Assembly (NCBI GenBank): GCA_045534235.1
Contig: JAZSJI010000089.1
Coordinates: forward strand, 15,877-79,876
DNA length: 64,000 nt
Reading direction: 5' to 3'
Origin: Candidatus Flemingiibacterium sp.
GTDB lineage: Bacteria > Bacillota > Clostridia > Oscillospirales > CAG-272
Below the pieces are notes generated by a model. The model searched no databases. It saw only the letters and a list, made by a program, of their open reading frames with translations, and was not told the origin of the DNA. A program made the position numbers and the translations under genes. Shown here one piece after another: positions 1 through 9,148 of this stretch; within the stretch, counting starts at the first letter, position 1, and each line of letters starts with the position of its first letter.

Positions 1-447
1 CTTATCGGTACTCTGCTCGCAGGCGAGGCGGGGGCGTACATTGCGGGACTCTTCTGTGTTATCGGGCACTCCTTCCCTTGTTATTACGGCTTCAGGGGCG
101 GCAAGGGCATCGTCGTAACCGCGGCAACACTTCTCTGCCTTGAGCCTGTCGTATTCCTGATACTGTTCGTGATATTCGCGCTGCTCGTTGCTTCGACGAA
201 ATACCTTTCGCTCGGTTCGATAATCGGTATGCTTCTTTACCCCGTGCTTCTCAACCGTATGTATTCGCTTCTTAACGGCAAGCCCGAGGGCGCGGTGGTC
301 GCTATCGTTTCGGTGCTCAACACACTGCTCGTTATCTGGCTGCACCGCGAAAATCTCAAACGCCTCTGGACGGGTACTGAAAACAAGTTCAGCTTAAAGA
401 AAAAGGACAAATTCAAAAAAGACGACAAAAAGTCCGACGAGGAATAA
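1..447 (+). CDS. plsY: Glycerol-3-phosphate acyltransferase PlsY, C-terminal part (5' end lies outside the window)
   Basis: Frame 1 is open from base 1. The translation LIGTLLAGEAGAYIAGLFCVIGHSFPCYYGFRGGKGIV... carries the PlsY GH-FP and F-GGKG motifs, followed by hydrophobic helices and a Lys/Asp-rich tail. A terminator follows. Confidence 0.85.
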   Translation, partial: LIGTLLAGEAGAYIAGLFCVIGHSFPCYYGFRGGKGIVVTAATLLCLEPVVFLILFVIFALLVASTKYLSLGSIIGMLLYPVLLNRMYSLLNGKPEGAVVAIVSVLNTLLVIWLHRENLKRLWTGTENKFSLKKKDKFKKDDKKSDEE

Positions 448-454
448 TACATAA

Positions 455-488
455 ATGAGCCGTAGAAAAATCTACGGCTCATTTTTTA
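455..488 (+). terminator. Intrinsic terminator after plsY
   Basis: 11-bp stem atgagccgtag/ctacggctcat with a 6-nt loop, followed by TTTTT. Confidence 0.8.
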
Positions 489-553
489 ATTTTGCGGAAC
501 TTTTTTCAGTTGCATCCGTCTAACGTAGTACCTACACACAAGGAGGGTTAATT

Positions 554-1201
554 ATGAGAAAAATTTTAGTGCTTTTATTTACAGTTTTAATTATCGCAAC
601 ACTCGCATCGTGCGATTGGGGTGAAAATCCATTCGACAACCCTTTTGACGTTCGCGCAGAAAAGCCCGTCATTTACCTCTATCCCGAGGACGTTACCGAC
701 GTCACCGTAAAGCTTGACTACAGCGGCACACTCACCGCAACATATCCGAAGTATACCGACGGCTGGCGCGTCACCGCCTCCCCCGACGGCACGCTGACCG
801 ACGCATCGGGGCGTGAGTACTACTGCCTATATTGGGAGGGCGAGGACGACACCGCGTACGACCTCTCCAAGGGCTTCGTCGTAAAGGGCGAGGACACCGC
901 CGAATTTTTAGAGGATGCACTCGCAAAGCTCGGTCTTACCGAACGCGAGGCTAACGAGTTTATTATATATTGGCTGCCGCGTATGGAAACGAACGAATAC
1001 AATCTCATCTCGTTCCAGAGCGAGGTGTACACCGACAGCGCCGTACTCGATATAGAGCCCGCTTCCGACACGTTAATTCGCGTATTTATGGCGTGGAAGG
1101 GCGTTGATGCGCCCGTCGAGATCGAACCGCAGGAGCTTACCGCTCCCGAGCGAACAGGCTTCACCGTCGTAGAATGGGGCGGCACACAGATAACTGAATA
1201 A
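554..1201 (+). CDS. Putative lipoprotein, function unknown
   Basis: AAGGAGG RBS 7 nt upstream of the ATG. Signal peptide ends in the lipobox LASC (MRKILVLLFTVLIIATLASC). I recognise no named domain. Confidence 0.75.
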   Translation: MRKILVLLFTVLIIATLASCDWGENPFDNPFDVRAEKPVIYLYPEDVTDVTVKLDYSGTLTATYPKYTDGWRVTASPDGTLTDASGREYYCLYWEGEDDTAYDLSKGFVVKGEDTAEFLEDALAKLGLTEREANEFIIYWLPRMETNEYNLISFQSEVYTDSAVLDIEPASDTLIRVFMAWKGVDAPVEIEPQELTAPERTGFTVVEWGGTQITE

Positions 1202-1208
1202 AAAATAT

Positions 1209-1245
1209 GCCCGTCAGAGTAGTGCTCTGACGGGCAGCTTATTTT
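1209..1245. terminator. Bidirectional terminator hairpin between convergent genes
   Basis: Stem gcccgtcagag/ctctgacgggc, flanked by an A-run on the left and a T-run on the right. Confidence 0.7.
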
Positions 1246-1249
1246 AACT

Positions 1250-1669
1250 TTACGCGAGGTTTGCGGAGATCTTATCCATCCAAGCGGTAACTGCCGCCTT
1301 CTCCTCGTCCTTCACGCCACCAAGGAACGGAAGTCCGCCCTTAATATAGAGAACATCCTCGATAGCGTTCGAGCCAGCCGACTTAACAGCGTCGATAAGA
1401 ACCTTTGCTCCCTCCTCGGGACCGTCGATAACGAAAGCAACGTTAGCGCTTCTCGCCTTTGTAAGCTCCTTGCAGAACAGAACGAGCGAATTCGGCGCAT
1501 CCTTGCCTACAGTTGCAAGAATAACGACGAGTCGCATATTGTCGCAGGAGTATGCAGGCGGAATGGTATCCATACAGTTGATCTTATCCGTTGCATAGTT
1601 ATTGGTGATAAGCTCAGCAATGTTTATGAGCTTTTTCTTTTTTGTTGCATAAAGCACACGCATTTTCAT
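1250..1669 (-). CDS. Hypothetical protein (a flavodoxin-like alpha/beta fold is suspected only)
   Basis: Start moved to the ATG at 1669 (MKMRVLY...), which has a GGAGG 9 nt upstream. The alternating hydrophobic-strand and helix pattern resembles flavodoxin-like proteins, but I see no clear FMN motif. Confidence 0.6.
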   Translation of the reverse strand: MKMRVLYATKKKKLINIAELITNNYATDKINCMDTIPPAYSCDNMRLVVILATVGKDAPNSLVLFCKELTKARSANVAFVIDGPEEGAKVLIDAVKSAGSNAIEDVLYIKGGLPFLGGVKDEEKAAVTAWMDKISANLA

Positions 1670-1790
1670 AATGATAATCCTCCGTTTGATTTTCGGTAAT
1701 TGTACCGTACTCAAATAGAATTATACCATATATTCACGCGAAATTAAAGCATAGTTTTACAAATTACCGATTTTCGGTCATTTGCCCAAT

Positions 1791-2237
1791 TTAGCGACCT
1801 GCATTTTGTACACATTCACTATCGCGTGGAAGAACGCGCAGTTCACCAAAAACTACCGCATCCCGACTTTCTGTCGTTACTCCGTCGTTTGATGCCCAAA
1901 GCAGTCCGTACGGCGTTTCAAAAAGGAAAGCGTAGAAAAAGTCTCCGCCGCGATTTGATATACACATATCAGCCAACATAAAGGTAACGGCAAAAATATC
2001 ATGCTGCGTATCAAAGCCGCGTCTGGCAGCTCTTATACTGCGCGTTGACATATCCTCGTCGCGATAAAGCTCCACCCTTGCGCCGAGCACACAAAACTCG
2101 CGCGGCACAAGGCAAGCGAGTGTGAGCGAGTCGCCTATATAAAAGTCTATGCGCTGTGTACACTCGCCGCATTGCAGAGAATACTTTTCGTACTTTATTT
2201 TCTTTGTAATGAATTTATGAGAATTATATACTAACAT
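1791..2237 (-). CDS. Hypothetical protein downstream of glgD
   Basis: 148-codon ORF starting 13 nt after the glgD stop. Its beta-rich sequence (VELYRDED...FFYAFLFETPYG) loosely recalls the N-terminal domains of GH13 enzymes. No catalytic domain follows. Confidence 0.5.
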   Translation of the reverse strand: MLVYNSHKFITKKIKYEKYSLQCGECTQRIDFYIGDSLTLACLVPREFCVLGARVELYRDEDMSTRSIRAARRGFDTQHDIFAVTFMLADMCISNRGGDFFYAFLFETPYGLLWASNDGVTTESRDAVVFGELRVLPRDSECVQNAGR

Positions 2238-2249
2238 TTATTCGTTCCT

Positions 2250-3383
2250 TTATATCATCTTGCCCTTTTCGATAAAGAACGGCTGCGTTTCGTGTCCCGA
2301 CAGATGCCGTCCGTCGCGTATTACTACGTTTTTGTCCGATATTACCGCGTTTAAAAACACGTTCTCGCCCGTGACCGTATCCTGAAACAGTATCGAATTT
2401 TTTACCGTTGTCCCCTTGCCTATCTTGACTCCGCGAAAGAGAATGGAGTTTTCAACGGTGCCGTCGATAACGCATCCGTCCGCGATAAGCGAGTTTGATA
2501 CGCGCGCGCCGCTCGTATACTTGGTCGGCGCGGAGTTTCGCACCTTCGTATAAACGGGACGGTTTTTGACACCGAAAAGCTGATCGCGTCCGATGCTGTC
2601 GCCAAGCAGCTCCATTGAGTGCATATAGTAATCCTCCATAGAGTTTATCGTTGCAAAATAGCCGTCGTATCGGTATATGCGGTAGTTGCGGCGCGCCGCA
2701 CCGCGCGAGAGCACGTCGCGGTTGAAGCTCGTATAGCCGTGTGAGAGTGCATCGAGCACGATCGACTGAAGGTACTCGCGATTGATAACGAGGATATTAA
2801 GGTCAACGTCGCGGTAGCCCGTCACGTTAGTCGGGTACGCCAGAACGTCGGTGATACGTCCCGATCCGTCCGAATCGACAACGACGTTTCTCTTACAGCT
2901 CTCCTTTGTCAAAAGCACGCGCTTGACCGCCATAGTAATATCCGCACCGTTTTCGATATGGTCGTTTATCATATCGTTAAGGTCGATGTTGCATATCACG
3001 TCACAGTCGGAAAGCACAACGTAGTCGGCCGTGAAGCGCGAGATCGAATAGTTCACGCTTTTGAGCGCCTCAAGGCGAGTATTATAGAGCGCGTTCTGCG
3101 TATTCGAGAACGCCGTAACGTGCGGCGGAAGCATTTTTATACCGCCCGAGCGGCGTGCGAGATCCCAGTCCTTGCCCGAGCCGATATGGTCCATCAGCGA
3201 TTGATAATTATAATGCGTGATCACGCTTATCGATGATATGCCCGAGTTTACCATATTCGACAACGCGAAGTCGATAAGGCGATATCTGCAGGCGTACGGC
3301 ACGGACGCCATCGTACGTATGCGTGTAAGCTCGGCGATATTTTTATCGTGAAGATTTGAAAATATTATCCCTTGTACAGACAT
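2250..3383 (-). CDS. glgD: Glucose-1-phosphate adenylyltransferase regulatory subunit GlgD
   Basis: Nucleotidyltransferase plus left-handed beta-helix architecture, but lacks the GGxGxRL loop. It lies 2 nt after glgC, the typical Firmicute glgCD pair. Confidence 0.9.
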   Translation of the reverse strand: MSVQGIIFSNLHDKNIAELTRIRTMASVPYACRYRLIDFALSNMVNSGISSISVITHYNYQSLMDHIGSGKDWDLARRSGGIKMLPPHVTAFSNTQNALYNTRLEALKSVNYSISRFTADYVVLSDCDVICNIDLNDMINDHIENGADITMAVKRVLLTKESCKRNVVVDSDGSGRITDVLAYPTNVTGYRDVDLNILVINREYLQSIVLDALSHGYTSFNRDVLSRGAARRNYRIYRYDGYFATINSMEDYYMHSMELLGDSIGRDQLFGVKNRPVYTKVRNSAPTKYTSGARVSNSLIADGCVIDGTVENSILFRGVKIGKGTTVKNSILFQDTVTGENVFLNAVISDKNVVIRDGRHLSGHETQPFFIEKGKMI

Positions 3384-3385
3384 TC

Positions 3386-4606
3386 TTACACCTCTTCCCT
3401 TTTAGCTGTAAAATTTAAAATATACTCCTCGTTTACCCTATCGCCGGCAGGGATTACTGCACCGCTCGGCAAGCGTACACCGGTGCCGATAAGAGTTATC
3501 GCCTTACCGCGCTCCTTGTCACCGCCAACCTCTGCGCCCTCGCCAACCGTTACGCCTGCATCAACTATGCTGTACCTGACCGCCGCGCCCTCTTTTATAA
3601 CACTGTCGCTCATAATTATCGAGTTGCGTATGTACGCACCTCGCTCAACCTTAACGCCGCCGAAAAGTATTGAGTTTTCCACGCAGCCGTCTACCACGCA
3701 TCCCTCTGTTATAATGGAGTTTTTGATGTTGGCACCGTCACCGATGCGGTGCGGCGCACGTATAAGATTTCTTGAATATATGCGAAAATCCGAGCCTAAC
3801 AAATCAAGTGCAGGCTCCTCTCCGAGCAGATCCATATTCGCCTGCCATAGGCTCTCTACCGTTCCGACGTCCTTCCAATATCCGCAAAACTCATAGGCGT
3901 ACAGCTTCTCCCCGCCTGCAAGCATTGCAGGGATAATGTTCTTGCCGAAATCGTTTGACGACGTAGGATCGTTTTCGTCCATCACAAGATAATGCGAGAG
4001 TATTTTCTTGTTGAAGATATAGATGCCCATAGAGGCCTTGGTGCTTTTCGGGTACTGCGGCTTTTCCTCAAACTCCACTATTCGCCCGTCATTATCGGTG
4101 TTCATTATTCCAAAGCGGCTCGCCTCGCTTATAGGCACGTTGATAACCGCTATCGTTGCCGCCGCGCCCGTTTTTTTATGGGCATCGAGCATCTTGCTGT
4201 AATCCATTTTATATATGTGATCGCCCGACAAAACAAGCACGTACTCCGGCTCATAGCGATCGATGAAATTAAGATTCTGATAGATAGCATTCGCCGTACC
4301 ACGGTACCAATCCGCCGAATCCTTTCCCTGATACGGCGGCAACACCATAACGCCGCCGTTCATTCGGTCAAGATCCCACGGCTGACCGTTACCGATGTAC
4401 TCGTTTAAAACGAGCGGCTGATACTGCGTCAGCACGCCTACGGTATCAATGCCCGAGTTGACACAGTTTGAAAGCGTGAAATCAATGATTCGGTATTTTG
4501 CGCCAAAAGGCACGGCAGGCTTTGCGGTCTTCTCGGTAAGCGTATAAAGTCTGCTTCCCTGCCCGCCTGCAAGTAGCATTGCAACACATTCTTTTTTCTT
4601 ATACAT
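3386..4606 (-). CDS. glgC: Glucose-1-phosphate adenylyltransferase GlgC
   Basis: [10 protein letters not shown] loop, the [10 protein letters not shown] and WYRGTANAI motifs, and a C-terminal hexapeptide-repeat region. RBS is GAGGAGG. Confidence 0.95.
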   Translation of the reverse strand: MYKKKECVAMLLAGGQGSRLYTLTEKTAKPAVPFGAKYRIIDFTLSNCVNSGIDTVGVLTQYQPLVLNEYIGNGQPWDLDRMNGGVMVLPPYQGKDSADWYRGTANAIYQNLNFIDRYEPEYVLVLSGDHIYKMDYSKMLDAHKKTGAAATIAVINVPISEASRFGIMNTDNDGRIVEFEEKPQYPKSTKASMGIYIFNKKILSHYLVMDENDPTSSNDFGKNIIPAMLAGGEKLYAYEFCGYWKDVGTVESLWQANMDLLGEEPALDLLGSDFRIYSRNLIRAPHRIGDGANIKNSIITEGCVVDGCVENSILFGGVKVERGAYIRNSIIMSDSVIKEGAAVRYSIVDAGVTVGEGAEVGGDKERGKAITLIGTGVRLPSGAVIPAGDRVNEEYILNFTAKREEV

Positions 4607-4807
4607 TGTGTACCTCCTCTAAATTTGCGTATATACGAAAACGGCTCGTCCGCGCGTGGCTCTCTCTATAGATATTCGCGTAAATCTCAAAAAATACCGC
4701 ACGCCAAGCCCGTATGCGCAAAACAATTATTCCACTCATAATTATATCCAACAATAAGCGAAAAATTTGTCAAAATTACGCGCGGCGCAAATTTTGTTTT
4801 GGTATAC

Positions 4808-4846
4808 AAAAAGCCTCAAGCGTCAAATGCCGCTTGAGGCCAAAAA
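4808..4846 (-). terminator. Intrinsic terminator after recQ
   Basis: Stem gcctcaagcg/cgcttgaggc. On the minus strand it is followed by TTTTTG. Confidence 0.75.
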
Positions 4847-4856
4847 TTTATTTGGT

Positions 4857-6695
4857 TTATCCCATACCCTTGATAATATTTATTATCGCCGTACCGTATT
4901 TTTGCGCCTTATCTTCGCCAATACCGTGTATACTCATGAGCTCTGTCATATTTTTCGGCTTTGCCGACGCAAGATTTCGAAGCGTCATATCCGTGAATAT
5001 TACGTACGCAGGAACGCCCTTGCGCTCTGCCATATCGCGACGGAATTTGCGAAGCTTCTCGTAAAGCCCTGCGTCCATACGGTCGTCGAGCATAGCGAGC
5101 TGCTTTTTGCCTTTACGCGACGGAGAAACAGGAGTACGTCGCTTTTTAATCGTAAGGCAGCCGCCTGAAGCAATAAACCGCTCAAGCTCGGACGTTATCG
5201 ACAACGTAGGATACAGTCCCGCGCTGCGCGCGAGCATTCCGGACTCCACCATACGCGAGATCACGTCACGTATGACAGACGTAGACACACGCTCGAGCAT
5301 GCCGAACCCGCGCTCACGCGTAAATCCCATTGACGACATTCGTCCGTCGTCTATACCGTGCAGATAATCGGCGATAAACGCTGCTCCGTAGCGCTCACCG
5401 GTTACGGCTACGGCTATACGTACCGCACGTACGATGTCAGTAACGTCGAACACTTCAAGCTCGCCGCGGCAGGACGTGCACTTCCCACACTTTTCATCAT
5501 TTTTATGCTCACCGAAATAGCTTAGAATATATCCGCGAAGGCAGTCGGTCGTTCTGCAGTAGGAGATCATCTGCTCGAGTTTTTCGTATCTGCGTTTTTT
5601 TACGTCCTCAAGCACCGTGGCATCAAGTCCTTCCTCCTCGGGCGTAGAATTCTCTATAAGAAATTTCGCTGTATGTATATCCGCATCGGTATAAAGCAAT
5701 ATGCAGTCCGCCTCGCCACCGTCGCGTCCCGCGCGGCCGGCCTCCTGATAGTACGCCTCCATAGAAAGCGGCATATTGTAGTGTATAATAAACTGTACGT
5801 CAGGCTTGTCTATGCCCATACCAAACGCGTTCGTTGCCACGATTATCGGCTTCGCGTCGCTGATAAATTCGTCCTGATTATGCACGCGCTCACTGTCGGA
5901 AAGCCCCGCGTGATAGTACGTAACGGGATAGCCAGCGTCGTCAAGAGCGGTATATACCTTTTCGACGTTCTTGCGCGTCATAGCGTAGATAATTCCCGAT
6001 TTGTTCGGGTTTTCATTTAAATATGATCTAATATACTCAAGCTTTGCCGTGGTATCCGTCACGCCAAAATACAAATTCGGACGGTCAAAGCCCGTAGTTA
6101 TCTCCCAAGGCGAATTAAGCTTCAAAAGCTCGCGTATGTCCTCTTTTACCTGCTCGGTGGCTGTTGCCGTAAACGCCGCGAGCACAGGGCGGCGTGCAAA
6201 CGACTCCACAAAGTCGGCAATGTCCGTATAGCTCGGACGGAAATCGTGTCCCCACTGCGAAACGCAGTGCGCCTCGTCGACTGCAACAAGTGATATATCC
6301 ATATCACGTACAAGCTCGAGAAAGCCGTCGGTCATAAGCCGCTCGGGCGCGACGTAGATGATCTTGTAAACGCCTGCGCGCACGTTGGCAAGAGCAAGAC
6401 CGTACTGCTTTGGAGTCAGCGAGCTGTTAAGATATGCAGCGCGGATACCGTTCTGATTAAGCGCACCCACCTGATCCTTCATAAGTGAGATGAGCGGCGA
6501 AATAACGAGCGTTATTCCCGACATAAGCAGTGCCGGGATCTGATAGCATATAGATTTACCCGCACCCGTCGGCATAACGGCAAGCACGTCACGACCTGCT
6601 AAAATATTATCTATTATAGGCTCCTGCCCCTCGCGAAAAGAGGTATAGCCGTAATATTGCTTTAATATATCGTACTTGCTTGCCAACAAAAGCAC
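4857..6695 (-). CDS. recQ: ATP-dependent DNA helicase RecQ
   Basis: Motifs FREGQ, PTGAGKS and VDEAHCVSQWGHDFRP, the zinc-binding C-x-C cluster, and a C-terminal HRDC-like region. The exact start (GTG at 6695 or a nearby TTG) is uncertain. Confidence 0.93.
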   Translation of the reverse strand: MLLLASKYDILKQYYGYTSFREGQEPIIDNILAGRDVLAVMPTGAGKSICYQIPALLMSGITLVISPLISLMKDQVGALNQNGIRAAYLNSSLTPKQYGLALANVRAGVYKIIYVAPERLMTDGFLELVRDMDISLVAVDEAHCVSQWGHDFRPSYTDIADFVESFARRPVLAAFTATATEQVKEDIRELLKLNSPWEITTGFDRPNLYFGVTDTTAKLEYIRSYLNENPNKSGIIYAMTRKNVEKVYTALDDAGYPVTYYHAGLSDSERVHNQDEFISDAKPIIVATNAFGMGIDKPDVQFIIHYNMPLSMEAYYQEAGRAGRDGGEADCILLYTDADIHTAKFLIENSTPEEEGLDATVLEDVKKRRYEKLEQMISYCRTTDCLRGYILSYFGEHKNDEKCGKCTSCRGELEVFDVTDIVRAVRIAVAVTGERYGAAFIADYLHGIDDGRMSSMGFTRERGFGMLERVSTSVIRDVISRMVESGMLARSAGLYPTLSITSELERFIASGGCLTIKKRRTPVSPSRKGKKQLAMLDDRMDAGLYEKLRKFRRDMAERKGVPAYVIFTDMTLRNLASAKPKNMTELMSIHGIGEDKAQKYGTAIINIIKGMG

Positions 6696-6759
6696 CGCCC
6701 TTCTTAACTGTAAGTATATTATACCTCATTCCACTGAAAAAGTAAAGCCTCGCGGCATA

Positions 6760-6783
6760 GAAAAAGGAGCGATTTCTCGCTCC
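6760..6783 (-). terminator. Intrinsic terminator after spoIIID
   Basis: Stem ggagcga/tcgctcc with a 4-nt loop, followed by TTTTT on the minus strand. Confidence 0.65.
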
Positions 6784-6785
6784 GC

Positions 6786-7073
6786 TTATGTATGTCCGTT
6801 TATATTTTTCATTTCCTTTTCGAGTGCATATTTGCGTCTGGTTGCGTTACCGCCGCGGATATGTCGCTCCGAGCGGTTAGTGTCGAGCACCTTCTGTACC
6901 TCGGCGTGCAGTGCGGGATCTATTCTCGCAAGCCGTACGGAAACGTCCTTGTGCACGGTTGATTTGCTTATTCCAAACACGGCGGCGGTGCTTCGCACCG
7001 TGCTATTTTCTTCTATCAGGTACGTCGCAAGCCGCCTCGGCCGCTCATCACTGTCGTAATACAAGTCGCTCAC
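6786..7073 (-). CDS. spoIIID: Sporulation transcriptional regulator SpoIIID
   Basis: The ~90-aa HTH protein contains FGISKSTVHKDV and SERHIRGGNATRRKY, which closely follow the B. subtilis SpoIIID pattern (FGVSKSTVHKD..., RHLRGGEATK). GTG start. Confidence 0.88.
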   Translation of the reverse strand: MSDLYYDSDERPRRLATYLIEENSTVRSTAAVFGISKSTVHKDVSVRLARIDPALHAEVQKVLDTNRSERHIRGGNATRRKYALEKEMKNINGHT

Positions 7074-7136
7074 CTCTAAAAATAGTTGTTTGCCTTACAA
7101 CTATATGCTGTAGATGAGCGTTTAATAACTTGCCAA

Positions 7137-7180
7137 TCAAAAAGAAAAGCCTGCCGCTCTATAACGGCAGGCTTTGTTTT
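7137..7180. terminator. Terminator hairpin after mscL
   Basis: Stem aaagcctgccg/cggcaggcttt with T-runs on both strands. Confidence 0.75.
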
Positions 7181-7186
7181 GTATGC

Positions 7187-7750
7187 TTACTTCTTAAGCG
7201 AATCTCTGATTTCGCGAATGTTTGCGTAGAACTCATCGAGAGCAGCCTTTTCAGCAGCAGCCTTTGCTTCTGCCACTGCAGAAGCCTCTGCGGCAGCCGC
7301 ATCCTCTGCAGCCTTCTTTTCGGCAGCAGCCGCTTCTTCAGCAGCGATCTTCTTTGCGTTGAGTCTGCGCTCCATATTCTTTATGACGCGAACTGCAACG
7401 AATACGCTGAGAGCGATGATAAAGAAATCGATGATAGTCTGAATCCATGCACCGTACGTTATGTAAAGTCCGGCAAATTCTTCAATTCCCTTTTCAAGCG
7501 CCTCTTCAGCACTAACAGCAGGCTGAAGCTCATACTTAAGATCCTCCAGCGCAATGCCGTTAGTTAACAATCCTACGATAGGATTGATAATGTTGTTAAC
7601 AAGTCCGGTTACAATCTTGTTAAATGCGCCGCCGATAACAACACCGACTGCCATATCGAGCACGTTGCCCTTGGTAATAAACGCCTTGAAATCGGAGAAG
7701 AAGGTTACCTTCTCTGCCTTTGCCTTTACTTTATCCTTGATCTTAGCCAT
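7187..7750 (-). CDS. mscL: Large-conductance mechanosensitive channel MscL with an extended C-terminal tail
   Basis: FKAFITKGNVLDMAVGVVIGGAFNKIV signature and two TM helices. The protein is 187 aa because of an Ala/Glu/Lys-rich C-terminal extension. RBS is GGAGGA. Confidence 0.9.
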   Translation of the reverse strand: MAKIKDKVKAKAEKVTFFSDFKAFITKGNVLDMAVGVVIGGAFNKIVTGLVNNIINPIVGLLTNGIALEDLKYELQPAVSAEEALEKGIEEFAGLYITYGAWIQTIIDFFIIALSVFVAVRVIKNMERRLNAKKIAAEEAAAAEKKAAEDAAAAEASAVAEAKAAAEKAALDEFYANIREIRDSLKK

Positions 7751-7856
7751 AGTAATTCCTCCAAAAGTTATTGTTTACATTAAAAATTGTATCAAAAAAA
7801 TATTCGTTTGTCAACAGAATTCGAGTTTTTTTCAATTTTTGATAATATATCGTGCT

Positions 7857-8702
7857 CTACGCCTTGGTCTGACTCGGCGTAACCCCGATTATTGCTTTGT
7901 ACGTACGCGTAAAATACGACAAATTTTCAAAGCCGCACACGCGTGCCACCTCCCCCACCGTATGCTTACCTGCGCGCAGTAATTTTTCCGCCTCACGGCA
8001 GCGAAGATTATTTATGTACCGCACGACCGTAAAGCCCGTTTCGCGGTGAAACTCGCGGCAGAAATAATATTTGCTGATATTGACCTTTCCGGCTATCATA
8101 TCAACTGTAAGCGGCTCGCTGTAGTGAGCCTTTATGTATCCGAGGGCACGCTTGATCGCATCATTGTGCCCGTACTCCCTCTCTTCCGTCACAGAATAGT
8201 TGCGGCAAAGCCGTACCATAAGCGTGAGTATAGCCGCCTTAACCGCAGGCGAGCTGTACTCGTCGCCCTTATACGCACGGACCACCTCAGCCATAACGTC
8301 GCAAAAAAGCTCGGAAATAGCCTCATCGCGTATTATACACTCAAATTTAAGCCCTGCAATGTTTATATTGTTTTTGACTAAAAACTCATTGTCTATAATA
8401 AGACAGTCGTGTGTAGTGTCGCCGCACGCAGGTACAGAGTGCAGCATATTCGACGAAATAACGGCAATATCGCCCTCTTTTACGTCGTATGACATACGGT
8501 CACATATCACACTTCCCCTGCCGCTGAATTGCAGTATTTCAATGTTCTCGTGCCAATGAGGCATACAAAGAAGATGCTTAAAATGAAATTTGTACGGATA
8601 TGCGAGGTCCGGAATAACGTGCGACTCGTAGTTGGTATACATAGGACGCGATAGATCCGCCGCATCATTGTTAATACTCTCCGCAATCAGTTTTTTTGTC
8701 AT
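7857..8702 (-). CDS. AraC family transcriptional regulator (cupin sensor domain plus HTH)
   Basis: C-terminal AraC HTH (ISKYYFCREFHRETGFTVVRYINNLR...GFENLSYFTRTYK). Start set to the ATG at 8702, preceded by GAGGTGAGGTG. Confidence 0.85.
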   Translation of the reverse strand: MTKKLIAESINNDAADLSRPMYTNYESHVIPDLAYPYKFHFKHLLCMPHWHENIEILQFSGRGSVICDRMSYDVKEGDIAVISSNMLHSVPACGDTTHDCLIIDNEFLVKNNINIAGLKFECIIRDEAISELFCDVMAEVVRAYKGDEYSSPAVKAAILTLMVRLCRNYSVTEEREYGHNDAIKRALGYIKAHYSEPLTVDMIAGKVNISKYYFCREFHRETGFTVVRYINNLRCREAEKLLRAGKHTVGEVARVCGFENLSYFTRTYKAIIGVTPSQTKA

Positions 8703-8818
8703 ACACCTCACCTCAATTCCGTTTTTATTTTTTTGGAATTCGCCTGAAAATTTGTAAGAAAATTTGATTTTGCTCAAAAATCAAGCAAAATCGTGTTAAA
8801 ACGAAGCAATATTATGCA

Positions 8819-8847
8819 TTGAATTGCTCTCGTATTTATTATATAAT
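8819..8847 (+). promoter_or_regulatory. Sigma-A type promoter with no downstream ORF (TTGAAT-N17-TATAAT)
   Basis: TTGAAT at 8819-8824, a 17-nt spacer, then TATAAT at 8842-8847. It faces the orphan terminator at 8980-9016. Confidence 0.45.
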
Positions 8848-8853
8848 AAGTGT

Positions 8854-9016
8854 AATAAAATTGCAATAGTAAAGTAAAAATATTTTCTGCGCGTAAAGCA
8901 ATTTGTTATTTTTCACATACGCGCCCATTACATATTGGTAAATCTGTCAAATCGACTGATTTATAAACTCCTCAAAGGGCAATACCCACAGCGAAAGCTG
9001 TGGGTATTGTCTTTTT
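8854..9016 (+). ncRNA. Candidate small RNA (~160 nt) between the AraC-family gene and htpG
   Basis: Bounded by the promoter above and a 13-bp perfect stem (caatacccacagc GAAA gctgtgggtattg) followed by TCTTTTT. It has an internal 7-bp stem (gcgcgta/tacgcgc) and a CUCCUC stretch just before the terminator. There is no ATG and no SD-led ORF. Confidence 0.4.
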
Positions 9017-9051
9017 GCACATACAAATAAACAATAAAAGCCCTCATTCTC

Positions 9052-9080
9052 TTGACATTGAGCGGTATTTTTGCTAAAAT
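9052..9080 (+). promoter_or_regulatory. htpG promoter (TTGACA-N17-TGcTAAAAT)
   Basis: Consensus -35 at 9052-9057 and an extended -10 at 9072-9080. Confidence 0.6.
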
Positions 9081-9148
9081 ATATAGTGAGGTATTGTGTT
9101 TACCATATTATATATCTCACATTTTACAGCAAAAGAGGTCGTGAACTT

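Noticed and set aside
9071-9148. N-terminal extensions offered by the ORF track: htpG from 9071, the SLH protein from 22728, folT from 25442, uvrC from 57760, aroB from 38380 and MATE from 19423.
   Set aside because: The extensions run through consensus promoters, a riboswitch or terminators. They add non-homologous residues, and better RBS-spaced internal starts exist.
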